Assembly: GCA_965279115.1 (NCBI GenBank)
Contig: OZ257137.1
Location: 1,078,587 to 1,142,586, forward strand
Source of the DNA: Burkholderiales bacterium
GTDB lineage: Bacteria > Pseudomonadota > Gammaproteobacteria > Burkholderiales > JAEUOS01
Reading direction: 5' to 3'
Length of the DNA: 64,000 nucleotides
Part shown: positions 54,049-62,868 of the stretch, piece by piece
How the letters are laid out: each line of letters begins with the position of its first letter
Position numbering within the stretch: the first letter of the stretch is position 1
Notes under the pieces: model-generated
Seen by the model: the letters and a program-made list of their open reading frames with translations, nothing else
The model's database searches: none
Told to the model about the DNA's origin: nothing
Made by a program: the position numbers and the translations under genes

Positions 54049-54903
54049 ATTAGATTCCATGCACCCATCCTGATATGCGCGCTCGCCGCCCTGTCGCTTT
54101 CACCTGCCGCCGCGGGCGAACCGGTGGCGATGGCGACGGACGTCAAAGGCACTGTGACCCTCGTCGGCGACAAGCCCGTACCCATCGGCATGCTGCACTA
54201 CTTCGAAGCACCGACAACCGTTCGCCTTGCTCCCGGCGCAACGCTTGCAGTGACCTACTTCGCCAACCCGGTCCAGTACAGCTTCAAGGGACCGAGCGTG
54301 CTCACAATCGAGGCGATCGTGCCAAAGGCATCCGAGGGTGCCGCGCCTGAAATCCGGCGTGTCGGACCGGAACGATCCATCGACGGCGGCCTGACCAAGG
54401 ATCAATGGCGGCGACTGCAACAGGCGACCGTGGTGATGCGCTCGGCGCGCCTTGCTTTCGCGGTAATCTCGCCGAACCAGACTTCCATTCTGTCCCCGCG
54501 CGCGGAGCTGTCCTGGACACCCGCAGCGGGCGCAAGGAGCTATCGCCTCACGTTGAGTGACGATCAGGATAACCCTATTGCAACCTGGCCCAGTACCTCG
54601 ACGACAAGCACGATTCCCGAAACGGCGAGACTTGCAGCGGGAAAATCCTTTCGCTGGAAAGTTGAAGCCGTGGATGTAGCGCCGCCGCTGGTCGCAAGCG
54701 GTGTTTTTTCCACCGCGACAGCGGAAGTGGCAGAACGCATGACACGACAGCGTCCTGCCGACGGCGGGGATCTTGCCGCCAACGTTTTCTACGCAACGCT
54801 CCTCGATATCGAAGGGTTTGCCAGCGACGCCAAAGCAGAGTGGCGGCGCCTCGCACGCCAGTTTCCCGATGAGCAGGCGCTCCGGCGCCGCGCGGCGCCC
54901 TGA
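54049..54903 (+). CDS. Secreted protein (beta-sandwich/FN3-like middle region, helical C-terminus); proposed ATT start
   Basis: The track ORF starts at GTG 54124, but the frame is open from 54010 and encodes (I)RFHAPILICALAALSLSPAAA-GEP, a canonical Sec signal. AGGAG (54036-54040) lies 8 nt before ATT 54049. No ATG, GTG or TTG is available upstream in this frame. Confidence 0.6.
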   Translation: MRFHAPILICALAALSLSPAAAGEPVAMATDVKGTVTLVGDKPVPIGMLHYFEAPTTVRLAPGATLAVTYFANPVQYSFKGPSVLTIEAIVPKASEGAAPEIRRVGPERSIDGGLTKDQWRRLQQATVVMRSARLAFAVISPNQTSILSPRAELSWTPAAGARSYRLTLSDDQDNPIATWPSTSTTSTIPETARLAAGKSFRWKVEAVDVAPPLVASGVFSTATAEVAERMTRQRPADGGDLAANVFYATLLDIEGFASDAKAEWRRLARQFPDEQALRRRAAP

Positions 54904-54998
54904 GCGCCTGCGCCAACAACCCGGTTTGCCGTGTCCGTCAACCTGCGTCGCTATAATCAGCGCCCTCGAATTGCCTGCAACGCACCAAGGAATTTTTC

Positions 54999-56189
54999 AT
55001 GACCGCACACGCGCCCAAAGCCCAATTCACCTGGGAAGACCCGCTGCACCTCAACGAGCAGTTGACCGAAGACGAGCGCATGGTGCGCGAAGCGGCCTAC
55101 GACTACTGCCAGTCCAAGCTGCAGCCACGCATTCTTGAGGCATTTCGCCACGAGAAAGGTGACGCGTCGATCTTCCGCGAAATGGGCGAAATCGGCCTTC
55201 TGGGACCGACGATTCCCACCGAATACGGCGGCCCGGGCCTCAACTACGTGTGCTACGGCCTGATCGCACGCGAAGTCGAGCGTGTGGATTCCGGCTACCG
55301 CTCGATGATGAGCGTGCAGTCCTCACTGGTGATGGTGCCGATCTATGAATTCGGCTCCGAGGCGCAGCGCAGGAAATACCTGCCCAAGCTTGCCACCGGC
55401 GAATGGATCGGCTGCTTCGGCCTGACCGAGCCCAACCACGGTTCCGACCCGGCCTCCATGATCACCCGCGCCAGGACGGTGCCGGGCGGTTTCTCGGTCA
55501 CCGGCGCGAAGATGTGGATCTCCAACTCGCCGTTTGCCGACGTGTTTGTCGTGTGGGCCAAGAACGACGAGGGCCGCATCCGCGGCTACATCCTCGAAAA
55601 GGGCATGAAGGGTTTGTCGGCACCGAAGATCGAAGGCAAGTTCGGCCTGCGCGCCTCGATTACCGGCGAGATCGTCATGGATGACGTTTTCGTGCCGGCC
55701 GAGAACGAGCTGCCCAATGTGGAAGGCCTCAAGGGCCCGTTCACCTGCCTGAATTCGGCGCGCTACGGCATCGCCTGGGGTGCACTCGGCGCAGCCGAAG
55801 ACTGCTGGCACCGGGCGCGGCAATACGTGCTCGACCGCAAGCAGTTCGGTCGCCCCCTGGCCGCCAACCAGCTGATCCAGAAGAAACTCGCCGACATGCA
55901 GACCGAGATCACGCTTGGCCTGCAGGGCTGCCTGCGCCTGGGCCGCATGAAGGATGAAGGCACCGCCGCAGTGGAGATCACCTCCATCATGAAGCGCAAT
56001 TCCTGCGGCAAGTCGCTCGACATCGCCCGCGTGGCGCGCGACATGCTGGGCGGCAACGGCATCTCCGACGAATACGGCATCATCCGCCACATGGTCAACC
56101 TGGAAGTCGTGAACACCTATGAAGGCACGCACGACATCCACGCCCTGATCCTGGGGCGGGCGCAAACCGGCATCCAGGCGTTCCAGTAG
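54999..56189 (+). CDS. gcdH: Glutaryl-CoA dehydrogenase
   Basis: 396 aa. F.WEDPL.L...[19 protein letters not shown] and [14 protein letters not shown] are typical of GcdH. Confidence 0.9.
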   Translation: MTAHAPKAQFTWEDPLHLNEQLTEDERMVREAAYDYCQSKLQPRILEAFRHEKGDASIFREMGEIGLLGPTIPTEYGGPGLNYVCYGLIAREVERVDSGYRSMMSVQSSLVMVPIYEFGSEAQRRKYLPKLATGEWIGCFGLTEPNHGSDPASMITRARTVPGGFSVTGAKMWISNSPFADVFVVWAKNDEGRIRGYILEKGMKGLSAPKIEGKFGLRASITGEIVMDDVFVPAENELPNVEGLKGPFTCLNSARYGIAWGALGAAEDCWHRARQYVLDRKQFGRPLAANQLIQKKLADMQTEITLGLQGCLRLGRMKDEGTAAVEITSIMKRNSCGKSLDIARVARDMLGGNGISDEYGIIRHMVNLEVVNTYEGTHDIHALILGRAQTGIQAFQ

Positions 56190-56197
56190 CCCGCATC

Positions 56198-57739
56198 GTG
56201 TCGGCCGGCGCAGCGATGCAACCCGGCCGACGCCTGCACCTCGCGGCAAGTCACGTGCTGCGGGCCATCACTTCGATCTGGCTTGTCTTCCTGACAATGC
56301 AGGTCGCGTCCGCCGAACAACTCACCGTCGGCTCCAAACGCTTCACGGAGTCCTACATCCTGGGCGAGATCATCGCGGCGACGGCAGCGCCGCATGCGAC
56401 GGTCACGCATCGCCAGGGCCTGGGCAACACAGCCATCGTTTTCGAGGCGCTCAAGACCGGCGCCATCGACCTCTACCCGGAGTACACCGGCACCCTTGCG
56501 CGCGAAATGTTGAAGCTCCCGCCCGAGGCCACCTTGGCAGACATGCGCGCCGCGCTGCTACCCATGGGCCTGGGCGCAGCTGTGCCGCTCGGCTTTCACA
56601 ACGGCTACGCGCTGGCCATGCGACGTGAAGAAGCCGATCGTCGCAAGCTCACCGCCCTTTCTGACCTGAAGGCCAATCCGGACCTGAAACTCGCGCTCTC
56701 GCACGAGTTCCTTGGTCGCGTCGATGGCTGGCCGGGACTGGCCGCCCGCTATGGATTGCCGCACAAGCCGGTGGGCATAGACCATGGACTCTCATACGAC
56801 GCGCTCGCCAAACGCAGCATTGATGCCACCGACATCTACACCACCGACGCGAAAATCGCCCGCGAAGGCCTGGTGGCGCTCAAGGACGACCAGAACTATT
56901 TTCCGCGCTACGAGGCCGTGCTGGTCTATCGCCTCGATCTGGTAAGCCGCGCCCCGGCCGCATGGAAAGCCATCCAGACGCTGGAAGGTCGCATCGACGA
57001 GTCCGCGATGATCACCATGAACGCGTCAGCCGAAATTGACGGCCGTGCCTTTGCCACAGTCGCCGCCGAATTCATTGCTGGCAAGGACGGCAGCACCGGC
57101 CGCGCGAGTTTCACCTCCAAGTTGTTCGGTGACGACTTCTGGAGGCTGTTGCGCCAGCACGTACTTCTGGTGGTGGTGGCCGTCGGCGCAGCCATCGCCC
57201 TCGGCGTGCCGCTTGGAGTATTGGCCGCCGGCATACCGGCGCTCAAGCAACCGGTGCTGGCGATCACCGGCATTTTGCAGACCATCCCTTCACTGGCACT
57301 GTTGGCGATGTTGATCCCGCTTCTGGGTAGCATCGGCACCGGCCCGGCACTGGTGGCGCTGGTGCTCTATGCGCTCCTGCCTATCGTGCAGAACACCTGC
57401 ACCGGACTGGCCGGAATAGCCGCCGGACTGCGGCAGGCGGCCCTCTCGCTGGGTCTCACCCGACGTCAGCGGCTGACGCACATCGATTTACCGCTGGCCA
57501 TGCCGGTGATCTTGGCCGGCGTAAAGACAGCGGCGGTCACCACGGTGGGCACCGCGACCATCGCCGCCTTTATTGGCGCCGGAGGCTTCGGCGAGCGCAT
57601 CGCCACCGGCCTTGCGTTGAACGACAACGCGACCCTTTTGGCAGGGGCGATTCCCGCAGCGCTTCTGGCATTGTTGACCCAAGGCCTTTTCGCGCTCGCG
57701 GAGCACCGCATCGACCGCTCCGTCGCCAGAGGCCACTGA
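56198..57739 (+). CDS. ABC transporter fusion: osmoprotectant-type substrate-binding domain (N-terminal) plus permease domain (C-terminal)
   Basis: The N-terminal half is OpuBC/ProX-like (GSKRFTESYILGEI, DLYPEYTGT). The C-terminal half is a 5-6 TM BPD permease (EAA-like region LSLGLTRRQRL..I.LP.A.P). GTG start; an alternative ATG is at 56216. Confidence 0.8.
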   Translation: MSAGAAMQPGRRLHLAASHVLRAITSIWLVFLTMQVASAEQLTVGSKRFTESYILGEIIAATAAPHATVTHRQGLGNTAIVFEALKTGAIDLYPEYTGTLAREMLKLPPEATLADMRAALLPMGLGAAVPLGFHNGYALAMRREEADRRKLTALSDLKANPDLKLALSHEFLGRVDGWPGLAARYGLPHKPVGIDHGLSYDALAKRSIDATDIYTTDAKIAREGLVALKDDQNYFPRYEAVLVYRLDLVSRAPAAWKAIQTLEGRIDESAMITMNASAEIDGRAFATVAAEFIAGKDGSTGRASFTSKLFGDDFWRLLRQHVLLVVVAVGAAIALGVPLGVLAAGIPALKQPVLAITGILQTIPSLALLAMLIPLLGSIGTGPALVALVLYALLPIVQNTCTGLAGIAAGLRQAALSLGLTRRQRLTHIDLPLAMPVILAGVKTAAVTTVGTATIAAFIGAGGFGERIATGLALNDNATLLAGAIPAALLALLTQGLFALAEHRIDRSVARGH

Positions 57740-57827
57740 GCCGCCGATCCATCGGCAACGGTTGCAGTTGGCTTGCGGTGGCCAGCCGATAGCCATATAC
57801 TTGCTTTTGGCAACTAACGACTTGTCA

Positions 57828-58781
57828 ATGGCTATCCCCATGCAATCCACCGCCGCCACCATCTCCCCGTCCGACCCGGTTGAATCCGTCCGCCAGTTCA
57901 ACCGCTTCTACACCCGCCAGATCGGGCTGCTGGAAGAAGGTTTGCACAAGAGCGCGTTCTCGCTGACCGAGGCGCGCATGCTCTACGAGTTGGCGCACCG
58001 CGATGGATTGACCGCCCGCGACTTGTGCAACGAACTGGGTCTGGATGCCGGCTACCTGAGCCGCATCCTCAAATCCTTCGATCAGCGCGGCCTGATCGCG
58101 CGCACGCCAGCGGCGGGCGACGCGCGTCAGTCCATTCTCGCCCTCACCCGCAAGGGCCGCGCCGCCTTCGCGCCGCTTGACCGCGCCTCGCGCGCGCAAA
58201 TCGGCACCATGCTCAAACAGCTAGGCGATAACGAACGACACAAGCTGCTCCAGGCCATGCAGGATGTGCAGCAAGTACTCGAACCGGGCCCGGAACCGCG
58301 GGTACCGTACATGCTGCGCGGCCTCAAGGTAGGCGACGCCGGCTGGATCGCGCGTCGCCAGGGCATGCTCTACCACGAGGAATTCGGCTGGGACCACACC
58401 TTCGAGGCCATGGTGGCCGAGATCCTCGTCGCCTACATCCGCAACTTCGATGCCCGCCACGAGAACGCATGGATCGCGGAACGCGAAGGCGAGATCGTCG
58501 GATCAGTGTTCGCAGTGCGCCAATCAAATGACGTGGCCAAGCTGCGGATGCTGTATGTCGAGCCCTCCGCGCGCTGCCTGGGCATAGGCGCTCGCCTGGT
58601 CGATGAATGCATCGCCTTTGCGCGGGAACGCCGCTACAAAACCCTCACCCTTTGGACCAACGACATCCTGGTATCGGCAAGGAAGATCTACGTGGCTGCC
58701 GGATTCAAGCTGGTCCAGGAAGAACGCCACCATTCCTTCGGCGTGGACCTGGTCGGGCAGAACTGGGAACTCATGCTGTAA
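57828..58781 (+). CDS. MarR-type wHTH fused to a GNAT N-acetyltransferase domain
   Basis: N-terminal half: RQFNRFYTRQIG...LTEARMLYEL...LSRILKSFDQRGLI. C-terminal half: GNAT motif A (LYVEPSARCLGIGARLV). Confidence 0.8.
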   Translation: MAIPMQSTAATISPSDPVESVRQFNRFYTRQIGLLEEGLHKSAFSLTEARMLYELAHRDGLTARDLCNELGLDAGYLSRILKSFDQRGLIARTPAAGDARQSILALTRKGRAAFAPLDRASRAQIGTMLKQLGDNERHKLLQAMQDVQQVLEPGPEPRVPYMLRGLKVGDAGWIARRQGMLYHEEFGWDHTFEAMVAEILVAYIRNFDARHENAWIAEREGEIVGSVFAVRQSNDVAKLRMLYVEPSARCLGIGARLVDECIAFARERRYKTLTLWTNDILVSARKIYVAAGFKLVQEERHHSFGVDLVGQNWELML

Positions 58782-58821
58782 ACGCCAATGGTCCGTCTGA
58801 ACGGACGCCTCCACCACATCT

Positions 58822-61203
58822 TCAGGAGGGTTTTCGGCGGCGCGGCGCGAACACCATGCTCGCCGCCAGGCCCGCCAGGGCGCCGATCGCCACGGTTGTG
58901 CCAATCTTGGCCAGCACCGGCGAGGTGGAAAGCGCCAGCATGGCGAACGCCGAAAAGGTGGATGCAGCGGCCAGCAGAACGGAGAGACTGGCACGTCGTC
59001 GCTCACCCGGCTCCGGCGAGAGCGTGGAAAAAAACATGGTGTAGTTGGAAGCCACACCCACCACCAGCAGCAATGCCACCACATTGAAGATGGTGAGGCT
59101 GCCCTCGATCATCAGGATCGCCCAGGCGGTGAAGACCACAGTAGTGACCAAGGTTGCCAGCATCGAAGCGATGGCGCGAAGCTTGCGCAGTTGCAGCGCC
59201 AGCAGCAGAACGATGCCGAGGGCGCCGAAAAGCGCAGTTCGCAGCGTGCGTTCGCGATAGCCAGCCACCAGGGTCTCGACATCGCCCTTGAGATCGAGCA
59301 GTCGCACGCCGGCTGTGCCCGCCCCGGTCAGGGCGCGACGCACGGCGCCCGGGTCGGCCACACCATGCAAAAGCACCAGCACGGCCACGCCGTCATCGTT
59401 GGTGACGACCTGCGCGTCCAGCCAGCGGCCGATGATGGTATCGCCGTAGTAGGCCCGATCAAGCGGCGCCCCGGACTTGGCCGCGGCCACGGCAGCCACG
59501 AAAGGCTCGAAGGCGCGCGGCTGGAACTTGCCGCCCGCCAGCACTTCGGCAACCCGCGCGCGCAGGGTCGCTTCGTCCGGCAACGTTGCCTGACGGCGCT
59601 TTTGTTCCTCGATGGGCGGCAACAGCACCGCCGGGCTGTCGTAGCCGGCCAGCATCCCCGCAGCCACTTGCGCGTCGAGCAGTTTGGCCACGCGCGTGGC
59701 GCTCGTCAGCGCTGCGTCGCGACTCGCGCCCCGCACCACCACCATGGTGCGCAGGTCGGGCATGCCGATGTCGTTGCGGAATTGCGCATCGCGAGACGTC
59801 TCGCTGGCGGTGCTGGCCGAAAGCGCATCCAGATTGTCCTGCCACATCGTGGGATTGCGCTGGATCAGCAGAACCAGCACGGCCAGCGCCGTCACTGCGA
59901 GGGGAATGCGCAGCCAGGAGAGCCGGTCGCCCAGCACGCCCAGCCATTCAAAATGCCGCCACCGGATTCCCTGGTAACCACGCCCGTCCGCGGCGCCCCT
60001 TGGCAACAACGCGGGCAACAGCCAGCGGGTGGAGCCGGCTGCCACCAGCAGGCCGACGATGGAAAACAGGCCGAGTTGTTGCAAACCCTGGAAGCCGGAG
60101 AACAGCATGGCTGCAAAGCCGATCAGCGAGGTCATGGTCGCCAGCAGGATCTGGCGCCAGAAGCGCGGCGCATGCGTGCCCTGATCGTCGCGCTGCACGA
60201 AGGTGTAGATCGCGTAGTCCACCGCTTCGCCGATGAGAGTCACGCCAAAGGCGAGCGTGATGCCGTGGATGCTGCCGTTCACCCATCCAACGGCCGCGAA
60301 CCCGGCGAGCGCCCCGGTGGCGACTGGTATGACCGCCAGGCCGAGGAAACGCGGACTGCGCAGCGCCCAGAGGAGAAGCAGCGCCACCAGGCCGGTGGCC
60401 AGCAGCGAAAGCCGCTCGGCATCACGGCCGATGGCGTCACGTGACTTGACGATGAAGTAGCCGGCACCGGCGAACTCCAGCACCGGCCGCGCCTGGTCCG
60501 CTGGCCAATGCGCGAGCACGGCCTCGGCGTGGTTCTCCGCTGCCGCCATGGTTTTCCGCAGCGCGTCGATGTCCTGCCCGCGCGCCGCTGTTTCAAACAA
60601 CAGGACCGCTGCGCGGCCGTCGGCGGTGAACCAGACCCCGTCGCCTGCCAGGCGCGCCGCCAGGCCGGATGCTTTCTGCACCAGGCCCAGCGACTCCAGC
60701 GTCGGGTCCGCCGCCGCGACGGGGCGGATCAGAGGGCCGCGCGCGGACACTAGTTCGCGTTCCAGGCGCGCAAAGGCATCGCCCAGTTCCGCCACGCCGA
60801 AACGCTCGCCAGGCGCCGCTTCGCCCGCACCGCCAGTCAGGATGTAGCGCGCCGCAAACAATCGTCCACGCTCGGCTTCGTGTGCCGCGATCTCGCCATT
60901 GCTCGTCCAAGCGATGGCCCGGTCGGCAGCCAGGCGTTCGCGCAGACCGCGGCTGGCCTGCGAAAGCGCGGCGGTTTGAGCCGCCGTCAACGCGTCCGCG
61001 CCGGCCGGCGGTTCCAGCCGCAGCCCCAACAGCATGATGCGCGTGGAAAGGCCGTCGCGTAGCTGGTCGGCCATGAGGCGCTGGTCGGCGTCGGCTGCGC
61101 CCGGCAGGAACGACGTAACGTCGGTCACCACCGTGGTGCGGGTGATCTGCAACACCGATGCGGCCAGCAGGATCAGCCACACCAGCCATGGCCAGCGTTT
61201 CAT
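58822..61203 (-). CDS. MMPL/RND-superfamily predicted exporter
   Basis: About 790 aa. Two blocks of about 6 TM segments, each preceded by a large periplasmic loop. Starts MKRWPWLVWLILLAAS. Confidence 0.8.
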   Translation of the reverse strand: MKRWPWLVWLILLAASVLQITRTTVVTDVTSFLPGAADADQRLMADQLRDGLSTRIMLLGLRLEPPAGADALTAAQTAALSQASRGLRERLAADRAIAWTSNGEIAAHEAERGRLFAARYILTGGAGEAAPGERFGVAELGDAFARLERELVSARGPLIRPVAAADPTLESLGLVQKASGLAARLAGDGVWFTADGRAAVLLFETAARGQDIDALRKTMAAAENHAEAVLAHWPADQARPVLEFAGAGYFIVKSRDAIGRDAERLSLLATGLVALLLLWALRSPRFLGLAVIPVATGALAGFAAVGWVNGSIHGITLAFGVTLIGEAVDYAIYTFVQRDDQGTHAPRFWRQILLATMTSLIGFAAMLFSGFQGLQQLGLFSIVGLLVAAGSTRWLLPALLPRGAADGRGYQGIRWRHFEWLGVLGDRLSWLRIPLAVTALAVLVLLIQRNPTMWQDNLDALSASTASETSRDAQFRNDIGMPDLRTMVVVRGASRDAALTSATRVAKLLDAQVAAGMLAGYDSPAVLLPPIEEQKRRQATLPDEATLRARVAEVLAGGKFQPRAFEPFVAAVAAAKSGAPLDRAYYGDTIIGRWLDAQVVTNDDGVAVLVLLHGVADPGAVRRALTGAGTAGVRLLDLKGDVETLVAGYRERTLRTALFGALGIVLLLALQLRKLRAIASMLATLVTTVVFTAWAILMIEGSLTIFNVVALLLVVGVASNYTMFFSTLSPEPGERRRASLSVLLAAASTFSAFAMLALSTSPVLAKIGTTVAIGALAGLAASMVFAPRRRKPS

Positions 61204-61219
61204 CGGAACGCCGCCGGTG

Positions 61220-61831
61220 CTAGCGCGCAATGAGCGTCAATTCGCTCACGTCGCCGCCGGTTTCAGTGGTTTCGACCAGGCGCAGGCGTCCCTTGTCGCC
61301 CGCGACGACGATTCGGGCAACGCCACGCTTGAGGATCGCGTCTTGCGGAACCAGCGTCATCTCCCACCGGTTTCCGGTGCCTGCCATGCGGATGTCGAAA
61401 GCGCGCCGCAGGGCACGCGGGTCTCCCGAGAGCACCGCACGCAGCGCTTGGGCATAGGCCGCGAGATTGGGGCTGGTTTCGAAACGGATCACGTTGGGCG
61501 CGCCATTGCCGCTGCGCACGGTGACGGACTCGGCGGAGATGACGACGCTCTCGCGGATCGGCACGGTGGTGGTTTTCTCGACATTGGCGCCGGGGCTGTA
61601 GGTGAGGGTCCCGCGCGACTCCAGCGGCATGGTCTGCAGCGACGAAATGCGCCGCTCGATGAACGGCACCGCGGCGAGAGGTTGGCGCGCAACTGCCGGC
61701 AGCACCTGTGCCAGCAGGTCCTCTGCCGCCTGGCCCGCCAGCGGCGAAAGCGCCTGCGCATGGGATGGCCCTGCCAGGGCGCAATACCCAAGCGCGACCA
61801 TGCATAGAGTTCTCTTCAATCCGGCAATCAT
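61220..61831 (-). CDS. LolA-like periplasmic lipid/lipoprotein carrier fold protein
   Basis: Signal peptide MIAGLKRTLCMVALGYCALAGPSHAQ. F.E.R....L..PLES.G.L.Y ... W.M.L.P pattern of LolA-like proteins that are paired with predicted exporters. Call is from memory. Confidence 0.55.
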   Translation of the reverse strand: MIAGLKRTLCMVALGYCALAGPSHAQALSPLAGQAAEDLLAQVLPAVARQPLAAVPFIERRISSLQTMPLESRGTLTYSPGANVEKTTTVPIRESVVISAESVTVRSGNGAPNVIRFETSPNLAAYAQALRAVLSGDPRALRRAFDIRMAGTGNRWEMTLVPQDAILKRGVARIVVAGDKGRLRLVETTETGGDVSELTLIAR

Positions 61832-61941
61832 CTTCGTGGGCGAGGTGTCGGTTCGCTCCCGCTCCGGAAGCAACCTGCGCCACTTTACTGGAGATGGCGG
61901 ATCGCTTGCCGGATGCGCTCGGCCGGCGGCGCCCCTGCCAA

Positions 61942-62820
61942 CTAAATGACCGTCAGGCCGTCATCGGTGGACAGCGCGGCACCGGTCCTGTACGGCAATT
62001 CAAAACCACGCTCCTGATCCCCGACAGCGATGGCGCGGATTAGGGGCGCCTGCACAAGCACGCCGCCGAATATGGTGGCAAAAGCGACATCAGCCGCGTC
62101 CCGGCCGGTGCCAAAGCGCACCACCCCCATGGGAATCGAGGTGCCGGACGGGTCGAAGATGTACCAGCGGTGGCCGACATAGGCCTCTACATAGGCATGA
62201 AAGTCGGGTGGTCCCAGCGCCGGGTCGGCGCCGTAGTCGGTACCGGTAGCAAAACGCGCAGGGATGTTTACGGCGCGGCACAGGGCGATCATCAGGTGGG
62301 CGAAATCGCGGCACACGCCGACCTGTTCAATCAGCGTATCGACCGCCGAGGTATTGGTGTTGGTGGTGTTGGAGGTGAAGGTCACATGGTGGCTCACCCA
62401 GTCGCAAATGGCCTGCACGCGGCGGTAGCCCTGCGGCATCTGGCCGAACTGGTTGGCCGCGCGACGCAGCAAGCGGTCCGACTGGCAGTAGCGGCTGGGG
62501 TAGAGGTAGCCAATCACATCGGTGGGCAAGTCGCGCACCGGCACTTCCTCGATCTGTTCCGGTCGCGCCTGGTGATGCGCGATGTCCACCGTGGCGGAGT
62601 AACGCACGCCCAGCCATCCCTGCTCGGCTCGCAGGCGCACGTAGCGGTTGCCGGTGGCCGCAATGCGATCGACACGCAGCGGGACATTCTGGCTCAGCGT
62701 GAACTGCTCGGCCGAAACAGTCTGGCAGTTCGTATGCGCAGCGTGAACGTTGAGCACGAAATCGGCGCCGCCCCCGTCAATCTGGTAGTTCAGCTCGACC
62801 AGCAGCTCTATGCGAATCAT
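61942..62820 (-). CDS. Transglutaminase-like cysteine protease superfamily protein
   Basis: N-terminal Bact_transglu_N-like region plus the core GVCRDFAHL (Cys), H (FHAYVE) and D (FDPS) triad pattern. Confidence 0.85.
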   Translation of the reverse strand: MIRIELLVELNYQIDGGGADFVLNVHAAHTNCQTVSAEQFTLSQNVPLRVDRIAATGNRYVRLRAEQGWLGVRYSATVDIAHHQARPEQIEEVPVRDLPTDVIGYLYPSRYCQSDRLLRRAANQFGQMPQGYRRVQAICDWVSHHVTFTSNTTNTNTSAVDTLIEQVGVCRDFAHLMIALCRAVNIPARFATGTDYGADPALGPPDFHAYVEAYVGHRWYIFDPSGTSIPMGVVRFGTGRDAADVAFATIFGGVLVQAPLIRAIAVGDQERGFELPYRTGAALSTDDGLTVI

Positions 62821-62868
62821 GCCCGCAGGCGGAACCGTCCGCCGGTTGTAGGGATGGTCACGGCAGTC

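Noticed and set aside
54007-54126. The secreted-protein gene is in the same frame as caspase paralog 2, raising the idea of TGA read-through or a split fusion gene.
   Set aside because: The linking segment encodes a complete N-terminal-type signal peptide preceded by its own AGGAG, which makes sense only for independent initiation. Sharing a frame has a one-in-three chance expectation.
58791-58806. A small hairpin GTCCGT-ctga-ACGGAC between the convergent MarR-GNAT and MMPL genes, considered as a possible bidirectional terminator.
   Set aside because: The stem is only 6 bp and there is no U-run on either strand, which is too weak to call.
59191-60444. A 417-aa plus-strand ORF antisense to the MMPL exporter. 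Similar antisense ORFs occur elsewhere (504-1574, 16065-17375, 32597-33856, 39717-41153, 40976-42046, 62170-63912).
   Set aside because: The same GC-driven open-frame artefact. Each overlaps a gene with clear family motifs.
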